Shown: positions 18,632 to 28,266, numbered from the stretch's first letter. The stretch is DNA of 64,000 nt from Dysgonomonas sp. (GCA_031546965.1 JAVBJR010000595.1:7041-71040), one strand, 5' to 3'. Numbers and translations are program-made. Notes: generated by a model from the letters alone, not told the origin.

Positions 18632-20174
18632 TCTTAGGCGAATTGTCATTCCGATTGTTCCGATTGTCATTATTCCGAGGTTTGTTTCTAAACCTGTTGT
18701 TATTGTTTCGGTTTCTATTATTATTACGTTGCTGATTTGGTGCAGATTCCCTGTTTTCGGGATTGATTACCGCCACATTTCGAGGCTCTCTTTCGGGTGT
18801 TGTACCTTGTTGAGCAGCTTCTGCTTGAGGAAGTCCTCCTCCTTTTACAACTTTCTTCTTTCGGTTCTTATTATGCGTATTGTTGTCAAAACGATTAATA
18901 TTATCCTCCAAAATATCCATTGCTCCGGGTTTCTCTTGCACTTCGGCATTTTGAATGTCTATTCTTACGGGCTTGCTTCCATTCCTGTTCATCTTCATCA
19001 CCTCAAATACACGGTCTTTATCTACCGTTATCAGATTGGCGGCAAAATGTTTGTCGGTAGAATAGGTCATCATACCCGAAAGTATATCGGTTTTGAAATG
19101 ATAAAATGCCCCATCTTTTGTATCAAGCACAATTTCGCGCGAAGGCAATTTCTTCTGAGCTTCTACGTAAGTATCCACTTCGTAGTTTAAACAGCACTTC
19201 AACTTACCGCACTGTCCTGCCAACTTTTGAGGATTTAAAGATATATCCTGAAAACGGGCAGCCGATGTAGATACCGACACAAAGTTCGCCATTGAACTCG
19301 AACAACACAATTCTCTGCCACAAGGACCGATTCCGCCTACTCGTCCGGCTTCTTGGCGAGCACCGATTTGCTTCATCTCTATTTTCACCCGAAATTGTTC
19401 GGCATATACTTTAATCAATTGACGGAAGTCAACACGCTCATCGGCAATATAATAGAATATAGCTTTGTTTCCATCGCCTTGATATTCTACATCGCTGATT
19501 TTCATATTCAGGTTCAAACTCTCAGCAAGCTCACGAGCCCTAAGCATCGTATCGTGCTCCAACGTTTTTGCCTCGTTGTATTTTTCTATGTCCAACGGCT
19601 TAGCTATGCGGTAGATCCGTTTTTGCTCACCTTGTTGTACCCTGTAATTGTTTTTCTTCATTTGCAGAAGAACCAATTTTCCGGTCAGAATAACCTCACC
19701 GATATCATGTCCGGGAGTAGCCTCTACAGCCACAACGTCTCCTTTATACAAATCGAGGTTATTACTGTTGAGGTAGTAACCCTTTCGTGTATTTTTGAAT
19801 TGAACCTCTACCATTTGAGTCTCTAACTGCGACTCGGGCATATCGTAAAGCCAATCGAAAACCTCCAGTTTATGAGTACCTGTACTGCAACAGCCTCCTT
19901 TTTTGGTGCAGCTTCCACAGTTTTTAGCCGCACCCGACTCTTTTTTGGAGCCGCATCCGCAGCCTTCTCCTGTTTTACAACCGCAAAGACCTCCCGGATT
20001 TTTTCCACACGAACAAAGATTAGAATCTATACCGTTCATTTTGACTGTTGTATCAATCTGTACTCCCGGTTTATTATCTTTTGTTTTGCAGGTACAACCG
20101 ATTGGTGTTTTGCACGTACCTAAACAATCGTTTACCCGATTGTTTTGTCTATTGGGATTTAAATTAAGTTCCAT
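18621..20174 (-). CDS. ricT: PSP1-domain / RicT (YaaT) protein with Cys-rich N-terminus
   Basis: VEVQFKNTRK, YQGDGNKAIFYY..ERVDFRQLIK, RQEAGRVGGIGPCGRELCCS, LAGQCGKLKCCL. Confidence 0.9.
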   Translation of the reverse strand: MELNLNPNRQNNRVNDCLGTCKTPIGCTCKTKDNKPGVQIDTTVKMNGIDSNLCSCGKNPGGLCGCKTGEGCGCGSKKESGAAKNCGSCTKKGGCCSTGTHKLEVFDWLYDMPESQLETQMVEVQFKNTRKGYYLNSNNLDLYKGDVVAVEATPGHDIGEVILTGKLVLLQMKKNNYRVQQGEQKRIYRIAKPLDIEKYNEAKTLEHDTMLRARELAESLNLNMKISDVEYQGDGNKAIFYYIADERVDFRQLIKVYAEQFRVKIEMKQIGARQEAGRVGGIGPCGRELCCSSSMANFVSVSTSAARFQDISLNPQKLAGQCGKLKCCLNYEVDTYVEAQKKLPSREIVLDTKDGAFYHFKTDILSGMMTYSTDKHFAANLITVDKDRVFEVMKMNRNGSKPVRIDIQNAEVQEKPGAMDILEDNINRFDNNTHNKNRKKKVVKGGGLPQAEAAQQGTTPEREPRNVAVINPENRESAPNQQRNNNRNRNNNNRFRNKPRNNDNRNNRNDNSPKNEA

Positions 20175-20228
20175 AATGTTTAAAATAAAACAAAGCCCCT
20201 TTTTTGACTTTGTGGGTTTATATTATTC

Positions 20229-20300
20229 GTTGACAAAGTTTACAAGTAGACGGGTAAACAAGTATACTAGTACTTGTTTACTAAAAACTTGTAAACTAGA
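20229..20300. repeat. Degenerate heptamer-type array, head-to-head halves
   Basis: GTTGAC, GTTTACAAGT, AGTAGAC, GTAAACAAGT ... ACTTGTTTAC, ACTTGTAAAC. Confidence 0.7.
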
Positions 20301-20306
20301 TATTAT

Positions 20307-21425
20307 TTATCTTTTCAGAAGCATGGTTATTTTGAGACACAAGTCAAAAAAAACCATCTTCGCGTTTACATTCTGTTCGATGTGCCTTTCTGCCAAAGCC
20401 AATTCGGCAGTAAAGTCTATTATGTTTTTTTCGTTAATAAAGGGAGCAAAACGAGTTCCGAAGCTGTTCTCATCTTGGTTTAGATATATCATTTCGGAGC
20501 GTTGGAGATTACTTACAAAATATTCTCGTATCATTCTTTGGCAATATACTAAAAAATTCTTTTGCCTCTCTCTTCCAACGGTAGCTATTTCGGTTGCAAT
20601 CAATTTAATTTCTTTGATTCTGCGAGCATAAGAAGCCCTCATCATCTGCACAAAAAGATTGAAAAAGAACTTATGTTCTTCGTCCAAACTGATGGTTTCG
20701 ATAGCTTTCAGGTAACTGCCATTGGCAATGTGGGCTACCGAAGCTGCATCTGCGGGCGTTATATTATAGTCCGATTCGAGAGCCATCATAATATCGCTTT
20801 CGGCTATATTGTGTATGTTGACTCGTTGGCATCGCGACTGTATGGTCGTAATTATCTGATCGGGAGTATTAGATACCAATATAAATACTGTTTTATCATA
20901 AGGTTCTTCTATGATTTTCAGTAGTTTATTGGCACATGCTTCGTGCATTTTTTCGGGCAGCCAAATAATCATCGTTTTGTACTTTGCCTCGTATATTTTG
21001 AGGCTCAGTTTTCGGATAATTTCTTCACTTTCTTTGGCATAGATCATACCTTGTGCATTCTCTGCCGCGATATGAGCCAGCCATTGGCTTAGGTTGAAAT
21101 AGTGCTGCTCGCCTAAAAACGCCCTCCACTCGCTAATGTAATCGTCACAAACCTCCTTCTTATCCTTTTTGATGACCGGAAAAACAAAATGTAAATCGGG
21201 ATGCGCCAGTTTTTTATATTTGAGACACGAACTGCACTTTCCGCACGAATCATTTTCTTGGGGATCGAGACAGTTCAGATATTGGGCATAAGAAATGGCA
21301 AGAGATAATTTACCCACCCCTTCCGGTCCGCAAAAGAGTCGGGCATGAGGAATAATCCCCTTTTTTACTGAACTTATCAGTTGCTCTTTTACGTCTTGTT
21401 GTCCTATTGTATCTTTAAAAAACAC
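20307..21425 (-). CDS. holB: DNA polymerase III subunit delta'
   Basis: HARLFCGPEGVGK, CGKCSSC zinc motif, HPDLH, ANKLLKIIEEP, TIQSRC. Confidence 0.93.
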   Translation of the reverse strand: MFFKDTIGQQDVKEQLISSVKKGIIPHARLFCGPEGVGKLSLAISYAQYLNCLDPQENDSCGKCSSCLKYKKLAHPDLHFVFPVIKKDKKEVCDDYISEWRAFLGEQHYFNLSQWLAHIAAENAQGMIYAKESEEIIRKLSLKIYEAKYKTMIIWLPEKMHEACANKLLKIIEEPYDKTVFILVSNTPDQIITTIQSRCQRVNIHNIAESDIMMALESDYNITPADAASVAHIANGSYLKAIETISLDEEHKFFFNLFVQMMRASYARRIKEIKLIATEIATVGRERQKNFLVYCQRMIREYFVSNLQRSEMIYLNQDENSFGTRFAPFINEKNIIDFTAELALAERHIEQNVNAKMVFFDLCLKITMLLKR

Positions 21426-21434
21426 TGCTTATTC

Positions 21435-21580
21435 AATTTGCTGATTTATAAATTTGCCAATATGGTAATGTTTAATTTACCAATATACTGATGTGCCAAT
21501 CTGCTGATTGTATTTAATTTATCAATTTACCAACTAGAGTATTACTACATTGGCATATTAGCACATTAATTAATTGGCAT
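21435..21580. repeat. Degenerate CCAAT/GCTGATT/ATTGGCA short-repeat tract
   Basis: TTTGCTGATT, TTGCCAAT, TTACCAAT, GTGCCAAT, CTGCTGATT, TTACCAAC, ATTGGCAT x2. Confidence 0.5.
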
Positions 21581-21581
21581 A

Positions 21582-22532
21582 TCAATACACTTCTTTAGCT
21601 ATGCAGCGTACGCTTTCGGTAGCCATCAGTGCGTAAAAATGTATACTGGGTACTCCGTATTGAATCAGCTCTTTGCATTGCTTAATACCCCACTCTATGC
21701 CTACCTCCTTTGCTTGAGCATCCGATTGACATTTTCTCAATTCGGAAGCTAGTTCTTGAGGAATATCTGATCTGAATATCTTGGGTAAAATAGTCAGATG
21801 ATCGGTCTTATAGATCGGTTTTATGCCGGGAATAATCGGGATGGTAATGCCTTCGGCTCTACAGCGTTCTACAAACGAGAAGTATTTGCTGTTGTCAAAA
21901 AACATTTGAGTCACAAAATACTCGGCTCCCTGCTCCTGCTTCATTTTCAGATAATAGATATCCGATTCTAAATTGGGTGCTTCTTCGTGCTTCTCGGGAT
22001 AGCATGCCATGCCGTAAGAAAACGGAGTTTCGAAACGCTCAAAAGCACCTCCATCGGCGGTTATGCCTTCGTTAAACCGATTGACCTGCATTTGCAAATC
22101 GGTCGCATATTGATTCATATTACCTGCCAATTGATCGGATTCGAGCTTATGAGCATCGCCTCTCAAAAGAAGGAGGTTGTGAATACCCAAAAAGTTGAGA
22201 TCAATCAGAGCGTATTCTGTTTCTTCCTTTGTAAATCCTTTACAGATCATGTGAGGGATGGCAGTAATATTATATTTGTTCTGTATAGAAGCTGCAATTG
22301 CTACTGTACCGGGACGTTTTCTGACGTTTACCTTGGTGACTGTACCATCGGGCATCTCCTTGTATATATTTTCGCTGTGATGCGTAGTGATATTTATATA
22401 CTTAGGGTCAAACTCAATCAGCTTATCTATTATATTGTATGCTTTCTGAATGCTATTGCCTTTTAGTGGGGGCAATATTTCAAAAGAGAAAGCAGTTTTT
22501 CCATTATTTTCTATTAAGTCTGTAACTTTCAT
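21582..22532 (-). CDS. metF: Methylenetetrahydrofolate reductase
   Basis: FSFEILPP, LLLRGD, ACYPEKH, YFVTQMFFD, PIIPGIKP. Confidence 0.95.
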   Translation of the reverse strand: MKVTDLIENNGKTAFSFEILPPLKGNSIQKAYNIIDKLIEFDPKYINITTHHSENIYKEMPDGTVTKVNVRKRPGTVAIAASIQNKYNITAIPHMICKGFTKEETEYALIDLNFLGIHNLLLLRGDAHKLESDQLAGNMNQYATDLQMQVNRFNEGITADGGAFERFETPFSYGMACYPEKHEEAPNLESDIYYLKMKQEQGAEYFVTQMFFDNSKYFSFVERCRAEGITIPIIPGIKPIYKTDHLTILPKIFRSDIPQELASELRKCQSDAQAKEVGIEWGIKQCKELIQYGVPSIHFYALMATESVRCIAKEVY

Positions 22533-22538
22533 AACAGA

Positions 22539-23876
22539 TTATTTAATGAAGTAAGAGGATATCGCTTTAAAGATATCATTTCCGTTTGCATAAATCAATA
22601 AACCGAAAATAAGTACCATACCTCCAATTTGAGCGTATTCTTGGAATTTCTCGTTGGGCTTCCGGCGAGTAATCATCTCATAGAGTAAGAACATCACGTG
22701 TCCTCCATCGAGCATAGGGATCGGTAAGATATTCATCACGGCAAGAATTATAGACAGGAATGCGGTCATAAACCAGAATGCTTGCCAGTCCCAAGTAGGG
22801 GGAAACATACTGCCGATACCGGCAAATCCGCTCAAATTTGTTATACCTACTTTTGTAAACACAAATCTAAACTGGGCAATGTATCCTAGCATAGTATCTT
22901 TTGCCAAATTCAATCCGGCAGGAAATGCAGCAAAAAAACTAACCTTGTCATGCTTCACGGTCAGAGGAGCCACTGTAAAACCTAGAAGACCAGTACTATC
23001 AATATTAGCAGTTGCAGTATATAAAGAATCGCCTCTATAATAGCCAACTTTAATCTTCGAATTGAGATTTTCGCGAATGGCATTGCTTATTCCCGAAAAA
23101 GAATTCACCTTTTTGTCATTGATAGAAATGACACTATCTCCTTTAAGCAAGCCATTCTTTTGGGCTTCACTTCCGACCAAAATACTATCAATAACAGGAG
23201 GACGCTTTATTTCGTAAGCCCCTAACCCAGAACCTATCATTTTATTGACAAAATCTTCGGGCATTGCTATCGTTTTACGCTCTCCGTTGCGTTCAACAAT
23301 TACTTCCTTGGCATTTGCAAACTTCATCAGAGTATTTATATCCAATGTTTTATCCATGTGATATTTCAACTCCTTGCCATCGGCACTTATAATTTTGTCA
23401 CCATCTTGAAAACCGGCATCTTTTGCAACCTGACTGAATTCCATCCCACGGCTTACATCTTTGAAAGGGATATAAGAATCACCCCAAGCAAAAAGAATCA
23501 TCGAATAAATGAATATCGCTAAAATAACGTTAAACAGCACGCCGCCAATCATCACTAGCAGGCGTTGCCAGGTAGGTTTAGATCTGAACTCCCAAGGTTG
23601 TTCGGGTTTTTGCAACTGCTCTTTATCCATCGATTCGTCCATCATTCCGGCGATTTTCACATATCCGCCTAAGGGCAACCAACCGATGCCGTATTCGGTA
23701 TCGCTATTTTTGGGTTTGAACTTGAATAAAGAAAAACCTACATCAAAAAAGAGGTAAAACTTCTCTACCTTTATTTTAAACACACGGGCAAAAAAGAAGT
23801 GTCCGAACTCATGGACAATAACCAATATTGATAAACTTAATATTAATTGTAACGCTTTTATGAAAAATGTTTCCAT
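22539..23876 (-). CDS. rseP: RIP metalloprotease RseP
   Basis: HEFGH, LPLGGYV, PDZ domains, NILPIPMLDGGH. Confidence 0.96.
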   Translation of the reverse strand: METFFIKALQLILSLSILVIVHEFGHFFFARVFKIKVEKFYLFFDVGFSLFKFKPKNSDTEYGIGWLPLGGYVKIAGMMDESMDKEQLQKPEQPWEFRSKPTWQRLLVMIGGVLFNVILAIFIYSMILFAWGDSYIPFKDVSRGMEFSQVAKDAGFQDGDKIISADGKELKYHMDKTLDINTLMKFANAKEVIVERNGERKTIAMPEDFVNKMIGSGLGAYEIKRPPVIDSILVGSEAQKNGLLKGDSVISINDKKVNSFSGISNAIRENLNSKIKVGYYRGDSLYTATANIDSTGLLGFTVAPLTVKHDKVSFFAAFPAGLNLAKDTMLGYIAQFRFVFTKVGITNLSGFAGIGSMFPPTWDWQAFWFMTAFLSIILAVMNILPIPMLDGGHVMFLLYEMITRRKPNEKFQEYAQIGGMVLIFGLLIYANGNDIFKAISSYFIK

Positions 23877-23942
23877 TAGTCTGTTTTAGATAAATAATTT
23901 AAGATCGTTGATCTGTTTTTCTTTTATATTTTTCTTTGTACC

Positions 23943-25091
23943 TCAATTAACCAAAGCGGCGGCAACTTCACGGGCTTCGGTATTCGACAGTACGTAATCG
24001 TCGTACGTTGGTTTTTGTATAAACGATGCCTTTTGCATGGTTTTCTCGATGATATCGCTCATTTCGAGAAAGCCTATTTTTTCTTTCAAAAAAGCATCTA
24101 CTACTATTTCGTTAGCAGCATTTACGATACAAGGCATATTTCCTCCTTTATTGGCTGCTTCAAAAGCAAATGCCAGGTTACGGAAACGATCTGTATCGGG
24201 CTTCTCAAATGTCATTGTTCCCAGCTTGAATATATCCAACCGCTCGAAATTAGATTTTAATCGATTGGGGTAAGCAAACGCATACTGAATGGGTAAATGC
24301 ATATCGGGCAATCCCATTTGTGCGATAATGGAAGAATCCTCAAACTGCACCATCGAATGAATAATAGATTGCGGATGCACCACCACCTCTACTTGATTGG
24401 GGGTAAGCCCAAACAGCCATTTGGCTTCTATCATCTCGAAACCTTTATTCATTAATGTGGCTGAATCAATCGTTATTTTGGCTCCCATATCCCAATTGGG
24501 GTGTTTAAGAGCCTGATGCTTAGTCACCTTTCGCAATTCGTCTTTACTCAATTTGCGGAATGGACCACCGGATGCAGTCAGCAATATTTTTTCGATGGGG
24601 CTACATTCGCCGTTTAAACATTGAAAGATAGCCGAATGTTCTGAATCGACAGGCAAGATAGGCACTTTATTTTCGAGAGCCAACTCGGTTATCAATTCGC
24701 CGGCAACTACCAATGTCTCTTTATTGGCTAGTGCAATGGGCTTTTTTGCTTTGATGGCACTTATTGTAGGTGCCAATCCGGCATAACCCACCATTGCGGT
24801 AAGAACTATATCTATGGGTTCGCTCTCAACTACCTGCACAATAGAATCCATGCCTGCCCACACCTTTATCGGTAAATCTGCCAACGCATCTTTCAAGGCT
24901 TGGTACTTATCTTCATTGGCAATCACCACTACCTCAGGCTGAAATTCGCGGGCTTGTTTCACCAGCAAATCCAAGCTGTTATTTGCAGTGATGGCATATA
25001 CCTCAAATTTGTCGGAATGCTCTCTAACCACATCTAACGCCTGTGTTCCTATAGATCCTGTTGACCCTAATATGGCAAGTTTACGTTTCAT
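23943..25091 (-). CDS. dxr: 1-deoxy-D-xylulose-5-phosphate reductoisomerase
   Basis: LGSTGSIG, ANKETLV, PVDSEHSA, TASGGPF, HPNWDMG.KITIDSAT.MNKG.E. Confidence 0.98.
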   Translation of the reverse strand: MKRKLAILGSTGSIGTQALDVVREHSDKFEVYAITANNSLDLLVKQAREFQPEVVVIANEDKYQALKDALADLPIKVWAGMDSIVQVVESEPIDIVLTAMVGYAGLAPTISAIKAKKPIALANKETLVVAGELITELALENKVPILPVDSEHSAIFQCLNGECSPIEKILLTASGGPFRKLSKDELRKVTKHQALKHPNWDMGAKITIDSATLMNKGFEMIEAKWLFGLTPNQVEVVVHPQSIIHSMVQFEDSSIIAQMGLPDMHLPIQYAFAYPNRLKSNFERLDIFKLGTMTFEKPDTDRFRNLAFAFEAANKGGNMPCIVNAANEIVVDAFLKEKIGFLEMSDIIEKTMQKASFIQKPTYDDYVLSNTEAREVAAALVN

Positions 25092-25098
25092 CTATTTT

Positions 25099-25965
25099 TT
25101 AGAATGATATATATAATTCGGGATTGATAGGGTTGCCCTTATACCAAAGCTCGAATTGTAATGTTTTTTTATCCGTATTGTCTTTTCCACTGCCAACCAA
25201 TGCAATAGCCTCTCCGGTACGTACTTTGTCTCCTGTTTTTTTCAATACCATCGACACCCCTCTGTAAACAGATATAAATCCGTTTTTGTGTTGAAGTTGA
25301 AGCATATACCCGTTATCGGCATAGCCTGCAAAAACAACAGAACCTTCGAGGGTGGCTACTACAGTCTCTTCTGCCGGCACAATCTCTACTCCGTAATTAC
25401 CCAGTGACAGATTAAATTTCCCTGAAATTATCCCTTTTGCAGGACGGAAAAACGTAACGCCTTCGGTAGGTGTTGCATCGGAGGTAGATATGGTAGAGAG
25501 GTTATATTTTTCGGCTTCTTCGTATTCTTCTCTGTATTTGCGCTCTTTGTCGGTGCTTTGCAACGATTTGTCGGTATCAGATATGGTAACGGTATCTACT
25601 TTGTTTTCGGAATCGGGTTGTACCTTTCCGGCAAAAATATCTTTTATGTTATCCATATACGCCAAGTGGTAACCTTGTTGACGTTCTAACGAATCGACCT
25701 GAATGGCGGCACGTATAGCCTCTTCTCTAACTTCGGAGTCCAAATAACCGGGCAAGTAATTGCGAAGAGGTGTTTTTATTATGATGATGGAGGCAATAAA
25801 CATCAAGAATAAAAAAGACGCCAAATACAACATGATTCCGTAAAACATTGAAACACGAAGCTTCCACACTTCTTCGAGTGTATTCTCATTTAAGACAGAC
25901 AAACGGTACTTAAAATGCAGCCGTTTCCAAAAACTATGTCGCTTCTTATCTTTTCTTTTTGCCAT
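25099..25965 (-). CDS. M23-family (LytM) protein with degenerate zinc site
   Basis: N-terminal TM, coiled coil, C-terminal M23 fold (GDKVRTGEAIALVG, LQFELW..G.PINPE). NYGVE replaces HxGxD and YRG replaces YxH. Confidence 0.85.
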   Translation of the reverse strand: MAKRKDKKRHSFWKRLHFKYRLSVLNENTLEEVWKLRVSMFYGIMLYLASFLFLMFIASIIIIKTPLRNYLPGYLDSEVREEAIRAAIQVDSLERQQGYHLAYMDNIKDIFAGKVQPDSENKVDTVTISDTDKSLQSTDKERKYREEYEEAEKYNLSTISTSDATPTEGVTFFRPAKGIISGKFNLSLGNYGVEIVPAEETVVATLEGSVVFAGYADNGYMLQLQHKNGFISVYRGVSMVLKKTGDKVRTGEAIALVGSGKDNTDKKTLQFELWYKGNPINPELYISF

Positions 25966-26257
25966 TTACTTTTTATTGATGCTCGAAGCATCATAATTCT
26001 GTGATACTTCTCACCGAATATAATTAAACATGCAAATTTAATAAAAGAAATACACATTGTGGCTTTGCATTTTAGTATTTCATTAAAGAAAATTAAATTC
26101 GGGTATTTTAATTGAAGAAATAGGCTATTCCGCAAAATATCCTTTCCAAAATCGTTTCTTTAATTTTTTTTAGCTATTTTTGCAGCCTGCTTTTTTCGGA
26201 GGGATGAACTCCAAAAAGTAGTTATAATTAATATTCCTATTTATTATAAAGTTATAT

Positions 26258-27469
26258 ATGAGCCTATTAAGCGATAAGTTATATCGATACGATGCTGCCA
26301 GGAACGCTCGCGCAGCAGGTATCTATCCTTATTTCAGAGAAATTCAGAGTGATCAAGACACCGAAGTGGTTATCAACGGTAGAAAAGTTTTGATGTTTGG
26401 CTCAAATGCCTATCTTGGATTGACTAATCACCCCAAAGTAATAGAAGCATCCATTGCTGCAACCCGCAAATACGGAACAGGAATGGCAGGCTCTCGTTTT
26501 CTGAATGGTACTTTAGACATTCATGTTGAATTAGAGAAAAAATTGGCTGCATTTGTGGGCAAAGAAGATGCGTTGGTATATTCAACCGGATTCAATGTCA
26601 ACCAAGGTGTAGTTGGTTGTATTACAGGTCGTGAAGATTATATCCTGTGGGATGAATTGGATCACGCATCTATTATCGAAGGAAACAGGGCATCTTTGTC
26701 TACCAAATTGAAATTTCGCCACAACGACATGGATTCTTTGGAGAAACAACTCCAAAAATGCGAGTCCGATAAGGTTAAGCTGATCGTTGTTGACGGTGTT
26801 TTCAGTATGGAAGGCGATGTTACCAATCTGCCAAAGATTGTTGAACTATCAAAAAAATACAACGGTAATATTATGATCGACGAAGCTCACAGTTTGGGAG
26901 TATTCGGTCGTAACTTTAACGGAAAGGGAGTTCACGATTATTACGGCTTGACCGATGACATGGATCTTATCATGGGTACTTTCAGTAAATCGCTAGCCTC
27001 TATCGGTGGTTTTATTGCCGCAGAAGAAGCTACCATCGATTATCTTCGTCACAACTCACGCCCTTATATATTCAGTGCCAGTATAACTCCCGGAGCAACC
27101 GCTGCCGCAAGTGCTGCACTTGATGTGTTGATAAGTGAGCCCGACCGTGTAGAAAATTTATGGAAAATTACTAACTACGCATTGGAAGGATTCCGCCAAT
27201 TGGGATGCGAGATAGGACATACCAATAGTCCAATTATACCTTTGTATGTACGTGATAATGAGAAAACATTTATTATTACCCGCACTTTGTTCGAAGAAGG
27301 TATATTTGTAAATCCGGTAGTATCTCCGGCTGTTGCTCCTAACGATACACTTATACGATTCTCGTTGATGGCAACTCACACCAAAGAACAGGTTGACATT
27401 GCTTTGGATAAAATCGGAGCTATTTTCAGCAAAATGGGTGTATTGGCTAATAATATAAAGAAAGCCTAA
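26258..27469 (+). CDS. spt: Serine palmitoyltransferase (AOS family, PLP)
   Basis: YPYFR.I.S.Q.TEV...GRKVLMFGSN.YLGLTNHP, GSRFLNGTLD.H, DHASI, DEAH, GTFSKSLA; closely follows Bacteroides SPT as recalled. Confidence 0.88.
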   Translation: MSLLSDKLYRYDAARNARAAGIYPYFREIQSDQDTEVVINGRKVLMFGSNAYLGLTNHPKVIEASIAATRKYGTGMAGSRFLNGTLDIHVELEKKLAAFVGKEDALVYSTGFNVNQGVVGCITGREDYILWDELDHASIIEGNRASLSTKLKFRHNDMDSLEKQLQKCESDKVKLIVVDGVFSMEGDVTNLPKIVELSKKYNGNIMIDEAHSLGVFGRNFNGKGVHDYYGLTDDMDLIMGTFSKSLASIGGFIAAEEATIDYLRHNSRPYIFSASITPGATAAASAALDVLISEPDRVENLWKITNYALEGFRQLGCEIGHTNSPIIPLYVRDNEKTFIITRTLFEEGIFVNPVVSPAVAPNDTLIRFSLMATHTKEQVDIALDKIGAIFSKMGVLANNIKKA

Positions 27470-27496
27470 AGGTAAAAATATCTTATCCAAATAAAG

Positions 27497-27526
27497 CAAA
27501 CCCTCTTTTAACTAAAAGAGGGTTTG
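27497..27526. terminator. Bidirectional terminator between spt and PPTase
   Basis: CAAACCCTCTTTTA / TAAAAGAGGGTTTG perfect stem. Confidence 0.8.
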
Positions 27527-27544
27527 TTGTTTTATTGACCCAAT

Positions 27545-27568
27545 ATAGGGGCAGAGCCCAACCCCTAC
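27545..27568. repeat. GTAG-type REP overlapping the PPTase stop codon
   Basis: ATAGGGGCAGAGCCCAACCCCTAC. Confidence 0.55.
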
Positions 27569-28182
27569 AGCGTATAAGTTACCACATAATCGTCGGTTAC
27601 AATATATTGAATTTTAAATTGAAGATTGTCTTCGGTAAAAGTTTCTGATGCTTCAAAAAAACCTTTTTGTTGAGGTATAAACTTCTTGATATGAAAGTGT
27701 TCTTTCAGATCTATGTTTTCTCTGCTCAATGCTTTATACATGGTTTCTTTGCCCGACCAATGGAGTAATAAGTGTAGAATCTCATTTTCGGGATCAATAT
27801 ATTCCCTGTCGGATACAAATCGGGATCGGACACGTTGCACCCTGTCCGAAATGTATTCTATATCAATACCCAACGAGGGAGATTGCGATACTATAACAGC
27901 CACATAATCTCTAGTGTGGGATATCGAAATATTTATCGATTGATCTTCTAAATACGGTTTTCCGTTAGGATAATAGTTTATTATTTTTTCTTCACCCAAG
28001 AGTGTTTTTAGAAGCACCCGTACAACAATTCGTTCCAAAATTCGAGCAGGCGAAGTTGTACTTTGTATAAACTCTTCCAATTCTTGCTTATTGACGAGTT
28101 GAGATAATAGTACTTCGGGACTTTCTGCCATTTGCCAGATTCCCCATTTGTAGTTCGTATTTTCTTCTTTGTAAATAAGCAT
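27565..28182 (-). CDS. 4'-phosphopantetheinyl transferase family protein
   Basis: NGKPY, ISISHT, GIDIE, WSGKETMYK. Confidence 0.92.
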   Translation of the reverse strand: MLIYKEENTNYKWGIWQMAESPEVLLSQLVNKQELEEFIQSTTSPARILERIVVRVLLKTLLGEEKIINYYPNGKPYLEDQSINISISHTRDYVAVIVSQSPSLGIDIEYISDRVQRVRSRFVSDREYIDPENEILHLLLHWSGKETMYKALSRENIDLKEHFHIKKFIPQQKGFFEASETFTEDNLQFKIQYIVTDDYVVTYTL

Positions 28183-28193
28183 TTTGTAACTCT

Positions 28194-28266
28194 GTAGGGG
28201 CGTATTGCATACGCCCGTTTATAAAATTATCATTTTTTTTAAGGGTGTATAATTATACGCCCCTAC
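28194..28266. repeat. Inverted GTAG-type REP doublet
   Basis: GTAGGGGCGTATTGCATACGCCC (28194-28216) and GGGTGTATAATTATACGCCCCTAC (28243-28266). Confidence 0.8.

Noticed and set aside
19903-20631. 242-aa + strand ORF spanning ricT, the spacer and holB
   Set aside because: Antisense to two conserved genes, crosses a repeat array, no protein-like features.
26470-26500. SPT has GTGMAGS where homologues have GTGCAGS
   Set aside because: Single non-catalytic substitution; PLP lysine and His/Asp motifs are intact.
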